DNA of 49,560 nt from a virus. The stretch lies in IMG/VR virus record IMGVR_UViG_3300025289_000006; one strand, 5' to 3'. Of the stretch, positions 9,077-17,838 are shown piece by piece (position 1 is the stretch's first letter; each line of letters starts with the position of its first letter). The notes under the pieces are model-generated. The model saw nothing but the letters and a program-made list of their open reading frames with translations. It was not told the DNA's origin and did not search any database. Made by a program: the position numbers and the translations under genes.

Positions 9077-10089
9077 ATGTAGGGGTTACTAACACTAAGA
9101 GGTCTGACGGCAACTTCCCTGAGCCCCCCCGGGTTGTTCCGCTCATGCCACTTCTCCCAATTCCCCCCGACCGAGCCCTCCGCGGGGAACCTCTTGCCGC
9201 CTAGCTCTGACCATGGTTGCTCCATGCACCAGACCAACCATTCTAGCACTTTCCCGGCGTCCCTGGTAGGACACTCCATCAGGAAGGAGTCGTAGGTGCC
9301 AGCGACCACGAACGTGTCCTGGGCAGCGGTGAGCAGGTCACTGTAAGTATAGCCGTCCGTGTCCCAGACCAGCCTGCCAGGAGGTCCCGCTATCCCCGGG
9401 CTGTGCAACAGATCGAAGGTACGATACCACATGCTAGCGCCGGACCCCTGTGGCAGTTGTGCCGCGACTGCATTCATCCCGTGCTTGCGCTTGCCAGGGT
9501 ACCGACGCAGCCTGCCGAAGGGCGTGTAGAGCATGCGAGCAGGTTGTTCCACCACGCCTGCATACCGCAACGGGACAGCCACGCCCCGCCGCGAGCAGTT
9601 CGGGCACGTTCCTCTCTCCTCCTGTTGGTAGCTGCAGTTCCCACACGCGTACAGGAACAGTCCGAACACATGATCCACCAGCCTCTTCCTCCACTCTGCC
9701 ACGCCGCTATACTTTGCCGATAGCTTGGCGTCCACGGCCTTACAGAAGTCGAGGGGCAGCCAGAAGGTCTCCGCCATGTTCCGTGGCCCACCCCCATAGT
9801 TCCACCTGTGTGTCTGTCGTTTACCGGCATCGTAGGCAGGTCGCATCTGCCCCTTTAGCATGACCAGGTGTGTCTTAGCATCAGCCGGGTCGATGTCGTA
9901 GATGAGCGCGGCATTCAGCGCGTGGACTTTGTGACCACCGGACAGCTCGGCGTCCAGCTCAGCCGTGAGGACAGGGTCGCCCGAGAAGTGTGCTGTCAGG
10001 CGTCCCTCGACGTTGATCCAATCAGCGCTCACGAAGCAACGGTCGCTCATCTCCTCGCCCTCTCCCCCCTCTCGCACCACGGCTTGCAC
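9073..10089 (-). CDS. Family A DNA polymerase, C-terminal fragment (motifs A, B, C)
   Basis: CFVSADWINVEGRLTAHFSGD corresponds to motif A (DYSQIELR), KRQTHRWNYGGG is motif B-like, TPFGRLRRYPG is present, and AGTYDSFLMEC corresponds to motif C. Likely start is ATG 10050 (MSDRC...) after a purine-rich RBS. Confidence 0.85.
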   Translation of the reverse strand: MQAVVREGGEGEEMSDRCFVSADWINVEGRLTAHFSGDPVLTAELDAELSGGHKVHALNAALIYDIDPADAKTHLVMLKGQMRPAYDAGKRQTHRWNYGGGPRNMAETFWLPLDFCKAVDAKLSAKYSGVAEWRKRLVDHVFGLFLYACGNCSYQQEERGTCPNCSRRGVAVPLRYAGVVEQPARMLYTPFGRLRRYPGKRKHGMNAVAAQLPQGSGASMWYRTFDLLHSPGIAGPPGRLVWDTDGYTYSDLLTAAQDTFVVAGTYDSFLMECPTRDAGKVLEWLVWCMEQPWSELGGKRFPAEGSVGGNWEKWHERNNPGGLREVAVRPLSVSNPYM

Positions 10090-10149
10090 CTACACTCCTC
10101 ACACCGCCCACACCTCGTACACACACTCGCCTTGTAATCACAGCACAGC

Positions 10150-12150
10150 TTACAGAAGTTCTCCTCCCTCTCTGGCCTGCCCAGCAGAGTCTTCGATGTC
10201 GTCTTTCAGGTCATCCAGGTGCTCCTTATACGCGACGTGCAGGCTAGCTATATCTAGCCTATCGTGTGGCACATATATGGACCGTGCCTCTTCGGGTATG
10301 TTGAGCACGTTGTATGAATAGCTGGACTTCCTCTTGTCGAAGAGGTCTGAGTCCGGGCCACCAGCGGGTCTACCCGTCCCCGTCCCGAAGATCCGTAACT
10401 CCGGGTGTGCCACACCGTGCTCGTCCACACGTGGCTGGTAGAAGGTGGATACCATCTTGTCAAGGTGCTGGTATTGCTTGATGGCACCAAGTAACTCTAC
10501 CATGTCTGGCCTGGATTGTACTGCCTTGTGGGCGAGCAGCCTGGCGATCGCGTCAGCGTTGGCCGTGAGCGTGAGACTACCATGTTCGTCTCGCTTTCGC
10601 TGCGGGGGCAGGGCGAGCGCGTTCTTATCGTAGAGCAACCACCGTAGGTGATCATTGTTGCCCGGGTCGAATCCTGTGGGGGCCTCTACCATCTTGCCGC
10701 CCCGCGCACGTTTCATGGTAGACCCAGGCGTCCAGCGTTTGATCTTGGTCGAGATGGAGGCGACCAGCTTTCTCTTCGCGGCTAGAACTGCACGGCGCTC
10801 TACGTTCCAGGGATGGTTGTAGATGTCAGGGCAGGCACACTCACCGAACTTCTTCTTGGCCAGGCCAACGTAGGTGTCATGGGTCAGGCAATAGGAGACC
10901 ACTTCACGGTTATGCTGCCCCTCGATGGTCGCGATCTCTGTAAGTTGGACATCTCGGTCTGTCTCCAGCGGCCTCCTGCGACGTTCAAAGATAGCCCCAG
11001 CGCCGTCTCGCACGGTACTCATCAACCGGCGCTGCTCGATTCGCGCACTGCTCACCAGCGCCAGGCTGCGGTCGTGATCTACCTGCAACCCCCTCGCCTC
11101 CATCGCCATCGTGTAGGCCATGGCCGGGAGGACCTCCTTGTGATAGACCTCCGTCAGACCTAGCCGATGTAGCTCACCGATCTGCAATCCATGTACCCTC
11201 CACGTTGCCATCACATCTATAGCATTGTAGCGAGGATCATCATGCGGCATGTCCTTCCAGTTACACCAGTGATGCAGATGGAAGAGCGTGACGGACGACA
11301 ACCCTACTGGCAGATCCGAGTAGCAGGTCGAGTGAGCTAGCATCGTATCGAACACAGGCGGGGCGGTGTCGATGTCTAGTGTCAGCAGAGCTGTGATGTC
11401 CGCGGGCGCGTGGTGCATGATCTTGTGTAGATCACGACGTAGCATATGCTTCTTGAGCACCAGCACGACATCGGTCGTCGGCTTACATGACATTACACTG
11501 TGCCCGTTCACCGTGAGACCGACCAGGAACGGGCGGTTCGTCCGCTCGTCGAACTCCGTGTCGATCGCGACGATGTTAGCAGTAGACAAGGCCGCATCCA
11601 ACTGCCGCGCCCTCACGTACTCCCACGGTGGGTGTTGCGCGTCCAGATCGAACGGCATCCCCCTCGCGTAGTCACAGGCTCTACTGACAGCCCGTTCGAC
11701 CAGCGGCCAGTATGACTCTAGCTTAGTTCTCAACACGGCCGCGGGGTGGACAGTGGCGATCATGGGGGTGCCGATCATGTAGACCGATCCGTGTTCCCGT
11801 AGGATGCCAGTCTTACCTGTCAATCGCAGCAATGCTGCCCTGCCTACCAGCAACACAGCCCGCGCAGTCGTTCTTGCTAGCGTATCCCCCAGGTGGTCCC
11901 AATGCTCCTCCACCACCTTACGCAGCCCCCCGGCCGACTTGGGGAGGGCTCCTAGGTTGTAGGGAATGACATTGTCATACCGGCAATCGGCCTCCGGATC
12001 CAGCCCCGCTGCCTTGATGAACCTTCGCAGATGCCAGCCCGAGGCGCCAACGAACGGCCGGCCCTCCAGTACCTCCTCCTTCCCAGGCGCCTCACCTATG
12101 ACGAGGAGCGGGGCGGTGAAGGGGCCGTAACCTGGAACTAGTTTGCTCAT
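10150..12150 (-). CDS. UDG-like domain + 3'-5' exonuclease + N-terminal half of family A DNA polymerase
   Basis: GEAPGKEE, PFVGASG and VHPAAVLR are family-4 UDG-like. VAIDTEFD is Exo I. GTGTGRPAGG...YNVLNIPEEARSIYVP corresponds to the TGRLSS..PNLQNIP segment. ATG 12150 is in ATGA overlap with the upstream stop. Confidence 0.85.
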   Translation of the reverse strand: MSKLVPGYGPFTAPLLVIGEAPGKEEVLEGRPFVGASGWHLRRFIKAAGLDPEADCRYDNVIPYNLGALPKSAGGLRKVVEEHWDHLGDTLARTTARAVLLVGRAALLRLTGKTGILREHGSVYMIGTPMIATVHPAAVLRTKLESYWPLVERAVSRACDYARGMPFDLDAQHPPWEYVRARQLDAALSTANIVAIDTEFDERTNRPFLVGLTVNGHSVMSCKPTTDVVLVLKKHMLRRDLHKIMHHAPADITALLTLDIDTAPPVFDTMLAHSTCYSDLPVGLSSVTLFHLHHWCNWKDMPHDDPRYNAIDVMATWRVHGLQIGELHRLGLTEVYHKEVLPAMAYTMAMEARGLQVDHDRSLALVSSARIEQRRLMSTVRDGAGAIFERRRRPLETDRDVQLTEIATIEGQHNREVVSYCLTHDTYVGLAKKKFGECACPDIYNHPWNVERRAVLAAKRKLVASISTKIKRWTPGSTMKRARGGKMVEAPTGFDPGNNDHLRWLLYDKNALALPPQRKRDEHGSLTLTANADAIARLLAHKAVQSRPDMVELLGAIKQYQHLDKMVSTFYQPRVDEHGVAHPELRIFGTGTGRPAGGPDSDLFDKRKSSYSYNVLNIPEEARSIYVPHDRLDIASLHVAYKEHLDDLKDDIEDSAGQAREGGELL

Positions 12151-12362
12151 GGCTTGGGAGTTCGCTCCGTGTTCCATCGCCCCTGTAACCGTGCCTGCTC
12201 CCGCCTCTCCCGATACCCTGGCCCCCAGAGCCAAACTAGCCGGTCACTGTACTCCTCCTTGAGATTCCTGCTGCTCATGCCCGACGGCACACGGGTAATG
12301 TGGCCCCCGCGAGCAAGATACTCAGTCACGGTCTCCAGTCTCACTTCCATCTCCCAGCACAC
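12147..12362 (-). CDS. Hypothetical 71-aa protein
   Basis: Stop overlaps the polymerase ATG. Contains ETVTEYLARGGHITRVPSG. Confidence 0.5.
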   Translation of the reverse strand: MCWEMEVRLETVTEYLARGGHITRVPSGMSSRNLKEEYSDRLVWLWGPGYRERREQARLQGRWNTERTPKP

Positions 12363-12372
12363 ACTAGGCGTG

Positions 12373-13284
12373 TCATGTTATGGCCGGCCTCCCGTACTTC
12401 CTTAATAGCTTAGTACATGCAGGCTCGACATCACAGTAACTAGCGCACTTCTTCCCATCCATCTGTGTCTCGCCCACTAGTAAGAGGCTAGCCGCACGCT
12501 GCTCTTTCTCCACGATGGTCTGTGCCGGCACGACCTCCTGTTGCTTGGCGAACGTCAGCTCCTCCACAATGTCAACTACCGTCGCATCCCCTCCGCTAGG
12601 ATGGAAGCTGGCCAACTCATCCTCCTCCACATGATCCACCGCGAGGGGCTCGGGGGGATCATTTGACCCGGTCGCGTGATCCCACACAGTCAGCAGGACA
12701 TTGCCAGGATCATACCCCGCCTCGACGGCCCAAGGTTGCTGTGCCAGTAACAGCCTCTCGATGTTCAACTGCGCGACGTAGTTGCCGCCTACCTTGTCGG
12801 ACAGCCGCAGCCGACCCTGCTTCTTCTTGCGATACTGCACGGAGAAGTCAGATGGAAACTTATGATCCACGATCTCGCCTAGATCCTTACGGATCGCGTC
12901 CGCGGCTGCGCTGATGTCGTGGCCGAACAGCTTGCCCACCAGGGTCATCCTGACGAGATCGGTATGTTCGGTGCCCCAGCGGTCTCCCATCATGGTCGCC
13001 GCGACACCGTGCAACGCCGTGCCCCTATCCATCAGCGCGCGCTTGGATGGGTCTACATGATAACTGAACTGTGTCTGTAGGTAGGTAGCACGAGGGCAGC
13101 CGAGCACACGTGTAGCTGTGAGATCGAGGGAGAGATGCCTCGTGTCCTTGAGAATCTTCTCCGCGGCGAACCGTGCGAGCCAGGGAGAGTAAGCCGCTCT
13201 CCCCTGTAACGCATTACACGTGTCGAAGTGATCGAAACTTACCTCATCTCTGTGAATGGGACAGATCCAGCCTACGATGGGCAC
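12373..13284 (-). CDS. PD-(D/E)XK nuclease, Cas4/RecB-like, with Cys cluster
   Basis: DAIRKDLGEIVDHKF is a D...ExK-type core. N-terminal Cys residues plus C-terminal CASYCDVEPAC suggest an Fe-S-type cluster. GTG start after TAGGAGGTTACT. Confidence 0.6.
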   Translation of the reverse strand: MPIVGWICPIHRDEVSFDHFDTCNALQGRAAYSPWLARFAAEKILKDTRHLSLDLTATRVLGCPRATYLQTQFSYHVDPSKRALMDRGTALHGVAATMMGDRWGTEHTDLVRMTLVGKLFGHDISAAADAIRKDLGEIVDHKFPSDFSVQYRKKKQGRLRLSDKVGGNYVAQLNIERLLLAQQPWAVEAGYDPGNVLLTVWDHATGSNDPPEPLAVDHVEEDELASFHPSGGDATVVDIVEELTFAKQQEVVPAQTIVEKEQRAASLLLVGETQMDGKKCASYCDVEPACTKLLRKYGRPAIT

Positions 13285-13375
13285 AGTAACCTCCTATTCC
13301 TAGTAATGTCCATATGATGGGTCCCACAACGAGAAATCAGCCAACCGCCCTGCACTTGCGACACGCGCCGTCGTG

Positions 13376-13666
13376 TCATGGTGCAGGTTCGTATGTCATT
13401 GCGAAGATGGTCGGCGAGCAGGCGTACAACTCACCCTCGATACCGCGGATGATCCAATCGTTCCACGAGACGCGGTGGACTCCCTCCTTCGTGCCGAGGA
13501 CCAAGCGCAGGCCGTCGGGGTCATCCGTGTCAATCCAGAGAGCACCTTCGCCGGTGCGATTCCACGCATCATTGAGCCACGACGGCCACTCACTGCTATC
13601 CGAGCGCCGCGCTTCGGTCATCTGGAACGCTTCGACGACAATGGGCTTTTTCCTGTACCGCGTCAC
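13376..13666 (-). CDS. Hypothetical 96-aa protein
   Basis: GTG 13666 in GTGA overlap with the upstream stop, RBS CAGGGAGGA. KKPIVVEAFQ...WIIRG..GELYACSP pattern. Confidence 0.55.
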   Translation of the reverse strand: MTRYRKKPIVVEAFQMTEARRSDSSEWPSWLNDAWNRTGEGALWIDTDDPDGLRLVLGTKEGVHRVSWNDWIIRGIEGELYACSPTIFAMTYEPAP

Positions 13667-13929
13667 ACCATCCTCCCTGCTTCCCCGAGGTCCGCGACCA
13701 GCGCGTCGGCGAGCTTGCGGTACTTTTGGCATCTCATGCACGCCTGGTGCCCTTCTGCGTGGCCCACGCGGGTTAGCAGCCGCAGCGCCCACGCGGCCGT
13801 GAGACGGTCCAGCGCGTCGTAGTAGAAGTCAGCATCGACAGATGGAATGCGAGCAGCCAGCTCGCGTTCAAGCCGCTTCCGCGCCGCGCCGAGTTGTGCG
13901 ACGTGCGCCAGGATTTCCTCTTTAGACAC
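13663..13929 (-). CDS. Hypothetical 88-aa protein
   Basis: GTG 13929 after AAAGGAGAG. 8-nt overlap with the HNH gene stop. Confidence 0.5.
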   Translation of the reverse strand: MSKEEILAHVAQLGAARKRLERELAARIPSVDADFYYDALDRLTAAWALRLLTRVGHAEGHQACMRCQKYRKLADALVADLGEAGRMV

Positions 13930-14362
13930 CCCTGCTCTCCTTTCGACGATGATATGAGAGTCTGTCCATGAGCCGGCCGCAGATTCTGCACGACCTCCCG
14001 CCGTTGGATTGCCGCTTCGTGTTCTCAGCCGTGAACTCGTGCCCACGGATGCAGTGGGTTTGCTTCGCATGGTCGGCCGCGGGGCTGAATCCGCGCAGAA
14101 TGTTCAACCGAAGTGGAACGGGCTCCATGTGCCTTGGGTTGCAGCACGCTCGGTTACGGCAGAGGTGATCTATTGTTAGGCTAACCGGAAGAGTACCATG
14201 AATTAACGAGTATGCGATTCGGTGGGCATTCAAGCACCGTCGGCCGACCTGTACGCGCCCGTAGCCGTCCCGACTCTTATATGCACGCCACGGCCAGCAG
14301 TCGTCAGGGCCGCGCTTGTCAATCTTCTCCCACAATCGGATCTCCAGCGGGCGGGTTCTCAT
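13922..14362 (-). CDS. HNH homing-type endonuclease
   Basis: DGYGRV...AHRIAY...IDHLCRNRACCNPRHMEP is the HNH_3 signature. C-terminal CIRGH...CRIC zinc motif. Confidence 0.8.
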   Translation of the reverse strand: MRTRPLEIRLWEKIDKRGPDDCWPWRAYKSRDGYGRVQVGRRCLNAHRIAYSLIHGTLPVSLTIDHLCRNRACCNPRHMEPVPLRLNILRGFSPAADHAKQTHCIRGHEFTAENTKRQSNGGRSCRICGRLMDRLSYHRRKESRGV

Positions 14363-14622
14363 GGCGCAGCTTCATCCTCCATCGGCACGACGAGGACGCG
14401 GCGCGCAGGATAAAACCGCTCTCGACGGAACACGCTCGCTCCTTCATTAAGCCACCCTCCGATCGCTCCTCCCTTCCCTTCGACGGCGGCGGTGATGGCG
14501 GTGGCGCACGCCTCACGAACCTTCTCGCCAACGGAGACGGGGCCACTCAGACCAAACGTGCGCTGCACCGCTTCACACTCTTCCCTCGTCGCCCAGAATA
14601 CGACCGGTAGCTTGCCGGTCAT
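14359..14622 (-). CDS. Hypothetical 87-aa protein
   Basis: ATG 14622 in ATGA overlap with the upstream stop. Confidence 0.5.
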   Translation of the reverse strand: MTGKLPVVFWATREECEAVQRTFGLSGPVSVGEKVREACATAITAAVEGKGGAIGGWLNEGASVFRRERFYPARRVLVVPMEDEAAP

Positions 14623-15005
14623 GTCACCTTCCTCGCTGGTGGCCAAAGTGAACGGTCTTTGCGCCGCTCGATCTCCTGCTCCAGATCCATCCGCCGCGCC
14701 GTCTCCTCCATCTCACCACGCACCGAGAGATCCAACGCCGCCCGGAGCCGCGCCACCTCCGCCCGCTCGCAGCACGGGCAGATCCCAGCCGCCTCCTCGT
14801 CCTCGTGAGCCTCGCATCTGTAGGCCGCGGCGGTGTGGAGGTCGATGATCCGCTTATGCAGCCGCTGGATCTCGGCATCGACCTCAGAGGCTCGGCACCA
14901 CTCCCCATCCGCCCGCTCCTCGTAGTCGATGCGGTGGGTCACGCCTTGCGGACATGTGGCGTGAGTCAAGCTGCAATCGCCTACGACCGGCGTGTATCGC
15001 TTCAT
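14619..15005 (-). CDS. Cys-rich coiled-coil protein, 128 aa
   Basis: ATG 15005 in ATGA overlap with the upstream stop. CSLTHATCP...CEAH...CPCC. Confidence 0.5.
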   Translation of the reverse strand: MKRYTPVVGDCSLTHATCPQGVTHRIDYEERADGEWCRASEVDAEIQRLHKRIIDLHTAAAYRCEAHEDEEAAGICPCCERAEVARLRAALDLSVRGEMEETARRMDLEQEIERRKDRSLWPPARKVT

Positions 15006-15376
15006 CTCATCACCCCCGGCCCGTAAATCTCCACACGCCCATCCCACCGGACGATGACATGCTCCTCGCCTCTGAGTGTCACCCGCACCGCCGCGCTGTC
15101 CTTGCATTGCACGTCCAGGAACAGCTCGGAAATCGTCGCCTCGTCCACGTGCAGAACGCCCGCGCCTTCCGCAGCCGGCCGTAGATCGAAGCCGAACCCG
15201 GTACACTTGATCCGCGTCATCGGCGCTAGCAGCTCGGGCGGGCGAAGAGAGCTGACTCCTGTCAACGTAGGGACTGCTGGCTTGTGTGGTCTTAAGTGCA
15301 GACTCATTATCACGGCGACAGCCATCGCGGCACCAACGCCGACCAGCGTCACCAACCCTCTCGTTTCTCGCCTCAT
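15002..15376 (-). CDS. Membrane-anchored protein, 124 aa
   Basis: N-terminal TM LVTLVGVGAAMAVAVIMSL. ATGA overlap with the upstream stop. Confidence 0.5.
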   Translation of the reverse strand: MRRETRGLVTLVGVGAAMAVAVIMSLHLRPHKPAVPTLTGVSSLRPPELLAPMTRIKCTGFGFDLRPAAEGAGVLHVDEATISELFLDVQCKDSAAVRVTLRGEEHVIVRWDGRVEIYGPGVMR

Positions 15377-15573
15377 CGGACCGCCTCGTACTTCACGATG
15401 CGGAAACGATCGCTTGGATTCTGTGCGGCCCAGGAGCGCCGCTCCTCCGTGGCCTCAATCCGGGTGACCCCGACGGCCGGGGTAGATTGCCAACCCCAAC
15501 CGAACTCACCCTCCACAACCCAGATGTAGTTGCGGCGCCTCTTCGGCCGCTTGCTGCGTTTCGGCTTCTTCAT
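15373..15573 (-). CDS. Hypothetical 66-aa protein with Lys/Arg-rich N-terminus
   Basis: MKKPKRSKRPKRRRN... First gene after a 100-nt gap. Confidence 0.5.
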   Translation of the reverse strand: MKKPKRSKRPKRRRNYIWVVEGEFGWGWQSTPAVGVTRIEATEERRSWAAQNPSDRFRIVKYEAVR

Positions 15574-15675
15574 CCCTCAGCTCCTACGCCTCGGGGCGAT
15601 CCCAGGCCGTCGTGTTCCCAGGACCGCCCCTCGACAAAACACCGTGGGCGAGCGGGCGCACGGTGCGTAGTCATA

Positions 15676-15981
15676 CTACCGATCTCGCTTCCGCCCCACC
15701 GGCACGTCGATGCTCACTCCCACGTTGTACACTGGTCTCGCGGTCAACGTGAACGGCATCGTATACCCGTGTCCCAGCTCCACGTGCCCTGTTATACTCG
15801 GCAAGTGCGTCATCATCCCGTACACCCCAACATGCTGCGACACGGGAAACTTCACTCCTACCTGCACCCCGCGGCTCCCGTCCTCTAGCCGTATCACGGG
15901 AGGCTTTGCTAACCCTGCCACCTCCAGCCTCGGCGGGCTAGTTATGGCCAGCGCGACGAACAGTGTGATTGCCCCGGTCAT
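15676..15981 (-). CDS. Secreted or membrane beta-rich protein, 101 aa
   Basis: Signal-like N-terminus MTGAITLFVALAITS. ATGA overlap with the upstream ORF. Confidence 0.45.
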   Translation of the reverse strand: MTGAITLFVALAITSPPRLEVAGLAKPPVIRLEDGSRGVQVGVKFPVSQHVGVYGMMTHLPSITGHVELGHGYTMPFTLTARPVYNVGVSIDVPVGRKRDR

Positions 15982-16151
15982 CGCCCACCCCGCTGTCTGA
16001 ACCCAACCACTCTCTGTCGTCGCAGCTCAGTTCCGCGGGCATCATACAGAACCAGACTCTCGGGCGGCTCGACGGCAGGAATGAGCGATCCGCAGGAGAG
16101 ATCATCCACCCTCTCATCCTCCTCCTGGTCGCCCTCCCAGAGACCGATCAC
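15978..16151 (-). CDS. Acidic 57-aa protein
   Basis: GTG 16151 in GTGA overlap with the upstream stop. The track ORF extends to 16178. Confidence 0.4.
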   Translation of the reverse strand: MIGLWEGDQEEDERVDDLSCGSLIPAVEPPESLVLYDARGTELRRQRVVGFRQRGGR

Positions 16152-16834
16152 TGCCCCACTCCCATCTCCGCTGCCCACGCGGCCTGCTTGGGGAACTCCA
16201 CGGAGTTGACAAAGGCCAGTCCCTTAGCCGGGTCGGTCACGTCGAAGAACCCCTGCCACGTATTGACCGTGTTGACATACGGCTGGCCAGTCACCGGGTT
16301 GATGTTGTTACTGTCGTACTCCCGTACCCCCACCTGCGCGATGACTGACTTCTGATCCCACTGCTGGACCCGCAGATACTTGAGCATGAACTCTAGTCGC
16401 TGAGCAGGCTCCATCTGCCAGAACTGATCCCGCAGGGCTTCGCGGACGGCGGTGCGATACGCCTTGTCCTTGGGGTCACCTTGGCCCAGATGCGAGAAGT
16501 CAAAGAACTTCGCCAGGATCTCACTCGCTGCGGGCTGCCGGGTGATAGTCTTCGTCGCACCCTTGAGGAAGCCGAGCAGGCCACCTGACTTCCCAGGCTG
16601 CATTTTGAGGCGGGCCTGGATAGACTCTCCGCTGAACGGCCCGGCATAGATGTCGCCGACAAGATCGACGAAGGGGACGCCACCGAACTCGTTCTCCGCT
16701 CCCTCATTCTGAACATCCGTGGTCTTGACATCGCGGATCGCCAGCTTGACGGGATACATGGACGCGGGCAGGACGATCCTCGCATCACCGAAAGCCTGAT
16801 ACTCCCCCAAGGCATCTTCGTAACTGTTAGGCAT
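16148..16834 (-). CDS. Hypothetical 228-aa protein; ssDNA-binding protein candidate by size and position only
   Basis: Good RBS (GGAGAATAGAGTCC-ATG). Lies in the replication arm, where PolA/Cas4-like phages carry a gp2.5/DUF2815-type SSB. No motif proof. Confidence 0.3.
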   Translation of the reverse strand: MPNSYEDALGEYQAFGDARIVLPASMYPVKLAIRDVKTTDVQNEGAENEFGGVPFVDLVGDIYAGPFSGESIQARLKMQPGKSGGLLGFLKGATKTITRQPAASEILAKFFDFSHLGQGDPKDKAYRTAVREALRDQFWQMEPAQRLEFMLKYLRVQQWDQKSVIAQVGVREYDSNNINPVTGQPYVNTVNTWQGFFDVTDPAKGLAFVNSVEFPKQAAWAAEMGVGQ

Positions 16835-16839
16835 GGACT

Positions 16840-17061
16840 CTATTCTCCTTTAGATCCTGGAACCCTTTCCAGGAGTAGTTGGTGTGCTTTGCTGCGGTTC
16901 TTGAGAATGCGCGCGAACAGTCGGTCACTCACGTTCTCCATGTTGATGGCCGCGGTCAGCTCCTCGCGGGTTACCCTCAACTGCTCACCCAGCTGGGCTT
17001 TGATAGCCGGATCGCCCAGATCAACCTCCCACCCATTGTAATCACTCTTGAAGACGGACAT
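16840..17061 (-). CDS. Hypothetical 73-aa protein
   Basis: ATG shares one nt with the upstream stop. Confidence 0.55.
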   Translation of the reverse strand: MSVFKSDYNGWEVDLGDPAIKAQLGEQLRVTREELTAAINMENVSDRLFARILKNRSKAHQLLLERVPGSKGE

Positions 17062-17411
17062 TACTTTGTCGCTCCATTCGACGTAGCCTGGTACTTATGT
17101 CCAGGGAGGGAGGTAATAGATCCTGCTAGCTTGTTGATATGGCAGTAGACAGTAGGCGCGGTGACACCTAGCCGCTTAGCTACTTGATTCACGGTGCGGG
17201 CGCGGGTGAAGCGTGCGGCTCCCTCGAACCCCGCACCAGACATCCTGTTACTGCCAGGCACCTCAGCGATGTGCAGGTGGTCGGATAACTCCCGAAGCTG
17301 TGCCAGCCCCGTTGCCGGTGGAAGTGTAAAGCCAGGCGGCTCAGCGGAGCCCGATATCTGCCGTAGCTGTGCGAAGCCTCGCACCGTGGCTGCCCACTCG
17401 TCTACATTCAT
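17061..17411 (-). CDS. Helix-turn-helix DNA-binding protein
   Basis: C-terminal RTVNQVAKRLGVTAPTVYCHINKL is an HTH. Confidence 0.6.
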   Translation of the reverse strand: MNVDEWAATVRGFAQLRQISGSAEPPGFTLPPATGLAQLRELSDHLHIAEVPGSNRMSGAGFEGAARFTRARTVNQVAKRLGVTAPTVYCHINKLAGSITSLPGHKYQATSNGATK

Positions 17412-17590
17412 CCCTCATTCTCCCCTGTTTCCATCTTATAGGCTTCGACAGCTCTCGCCATGCACTCCATGCGCTCATACGCCCACACCGCCCCGTCGAG
17501 GAACGCTAGCTCGTGAGTCATCATACTCCCGCGCTTGTCACGTGCGGCGATGAACGCTGCACGCACCGCCGCGTCCACATCACTCGACAT
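17408..17590 (-). CDS. Hypothetical 60-aa protein
   Basis: ATG 17590 after GGAGGAAAGA. The track ORF starts at 17620. Confidence 0.5.
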   Translation of the reverse strand: MSSDVDAAVRAAFIAARDKRGSMMTHELAFLDGAVWAYERMECMARAVEAYKMETGENEG

Positions 17591-17711
17591 TCTTTCCTCC
17601 AGGAAACGGCTCCGGTCCATCCGTGATACCTTCCCGGAGGATCGTGTTGGCTAGGTCCCCCAGCCTCTTCTCTAACTGTTCTAGCTCGCGGATTACCCTT
17701 GTCTTTGTCAT
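17580..17711 (-). CDS. 43-aa micro-protein
   Basis: MTKTRVIRELEQLEKRLGDL... RBS GGAGGT 8 nt upstream, 2 nt after the previous stop. Confidence 0.45.
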   Translation of the reverse strand: MTKTRVIRELEQLEKRLGDLANTILREGITDGPEPFPGGKNVE

Positions 17712-17713
17712 CT

Positions 17714-17809
17714 TCACTTACCTCCGACAGGATCGACGGTCATCAGAAAGTACAGGACCGCTACGATGATCGTGACCACGCACCCCCAATAGAGAATGTC
17801 GGACGCCAT
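17714..17809 (-). CDS. 31-aa single-TM peptide
   Basis: MASDILYWGCVVTIIVAVLYFLMTVDPVGGK. AAGGTGA upstream. Confidence 0.4.
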   Translation of the reverse strand: MASDILYWGCVVTIIVAVLYFLMTVDPVGGK

Positions 17810-17838
17810 GCCGATCACCTTGCCCACCCGGCTCGTGC

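Noticed and set aside
10090-10152. Stop-codon readthrough, recoding or frameshift joining the two polymerase ORFs.
   Set aside because: Four in-frame stops of all three types fall within 21 codons. The ORFs are already in the same frame, so a frameshift would not help. The spacer is far too short for a group I or group II intron.
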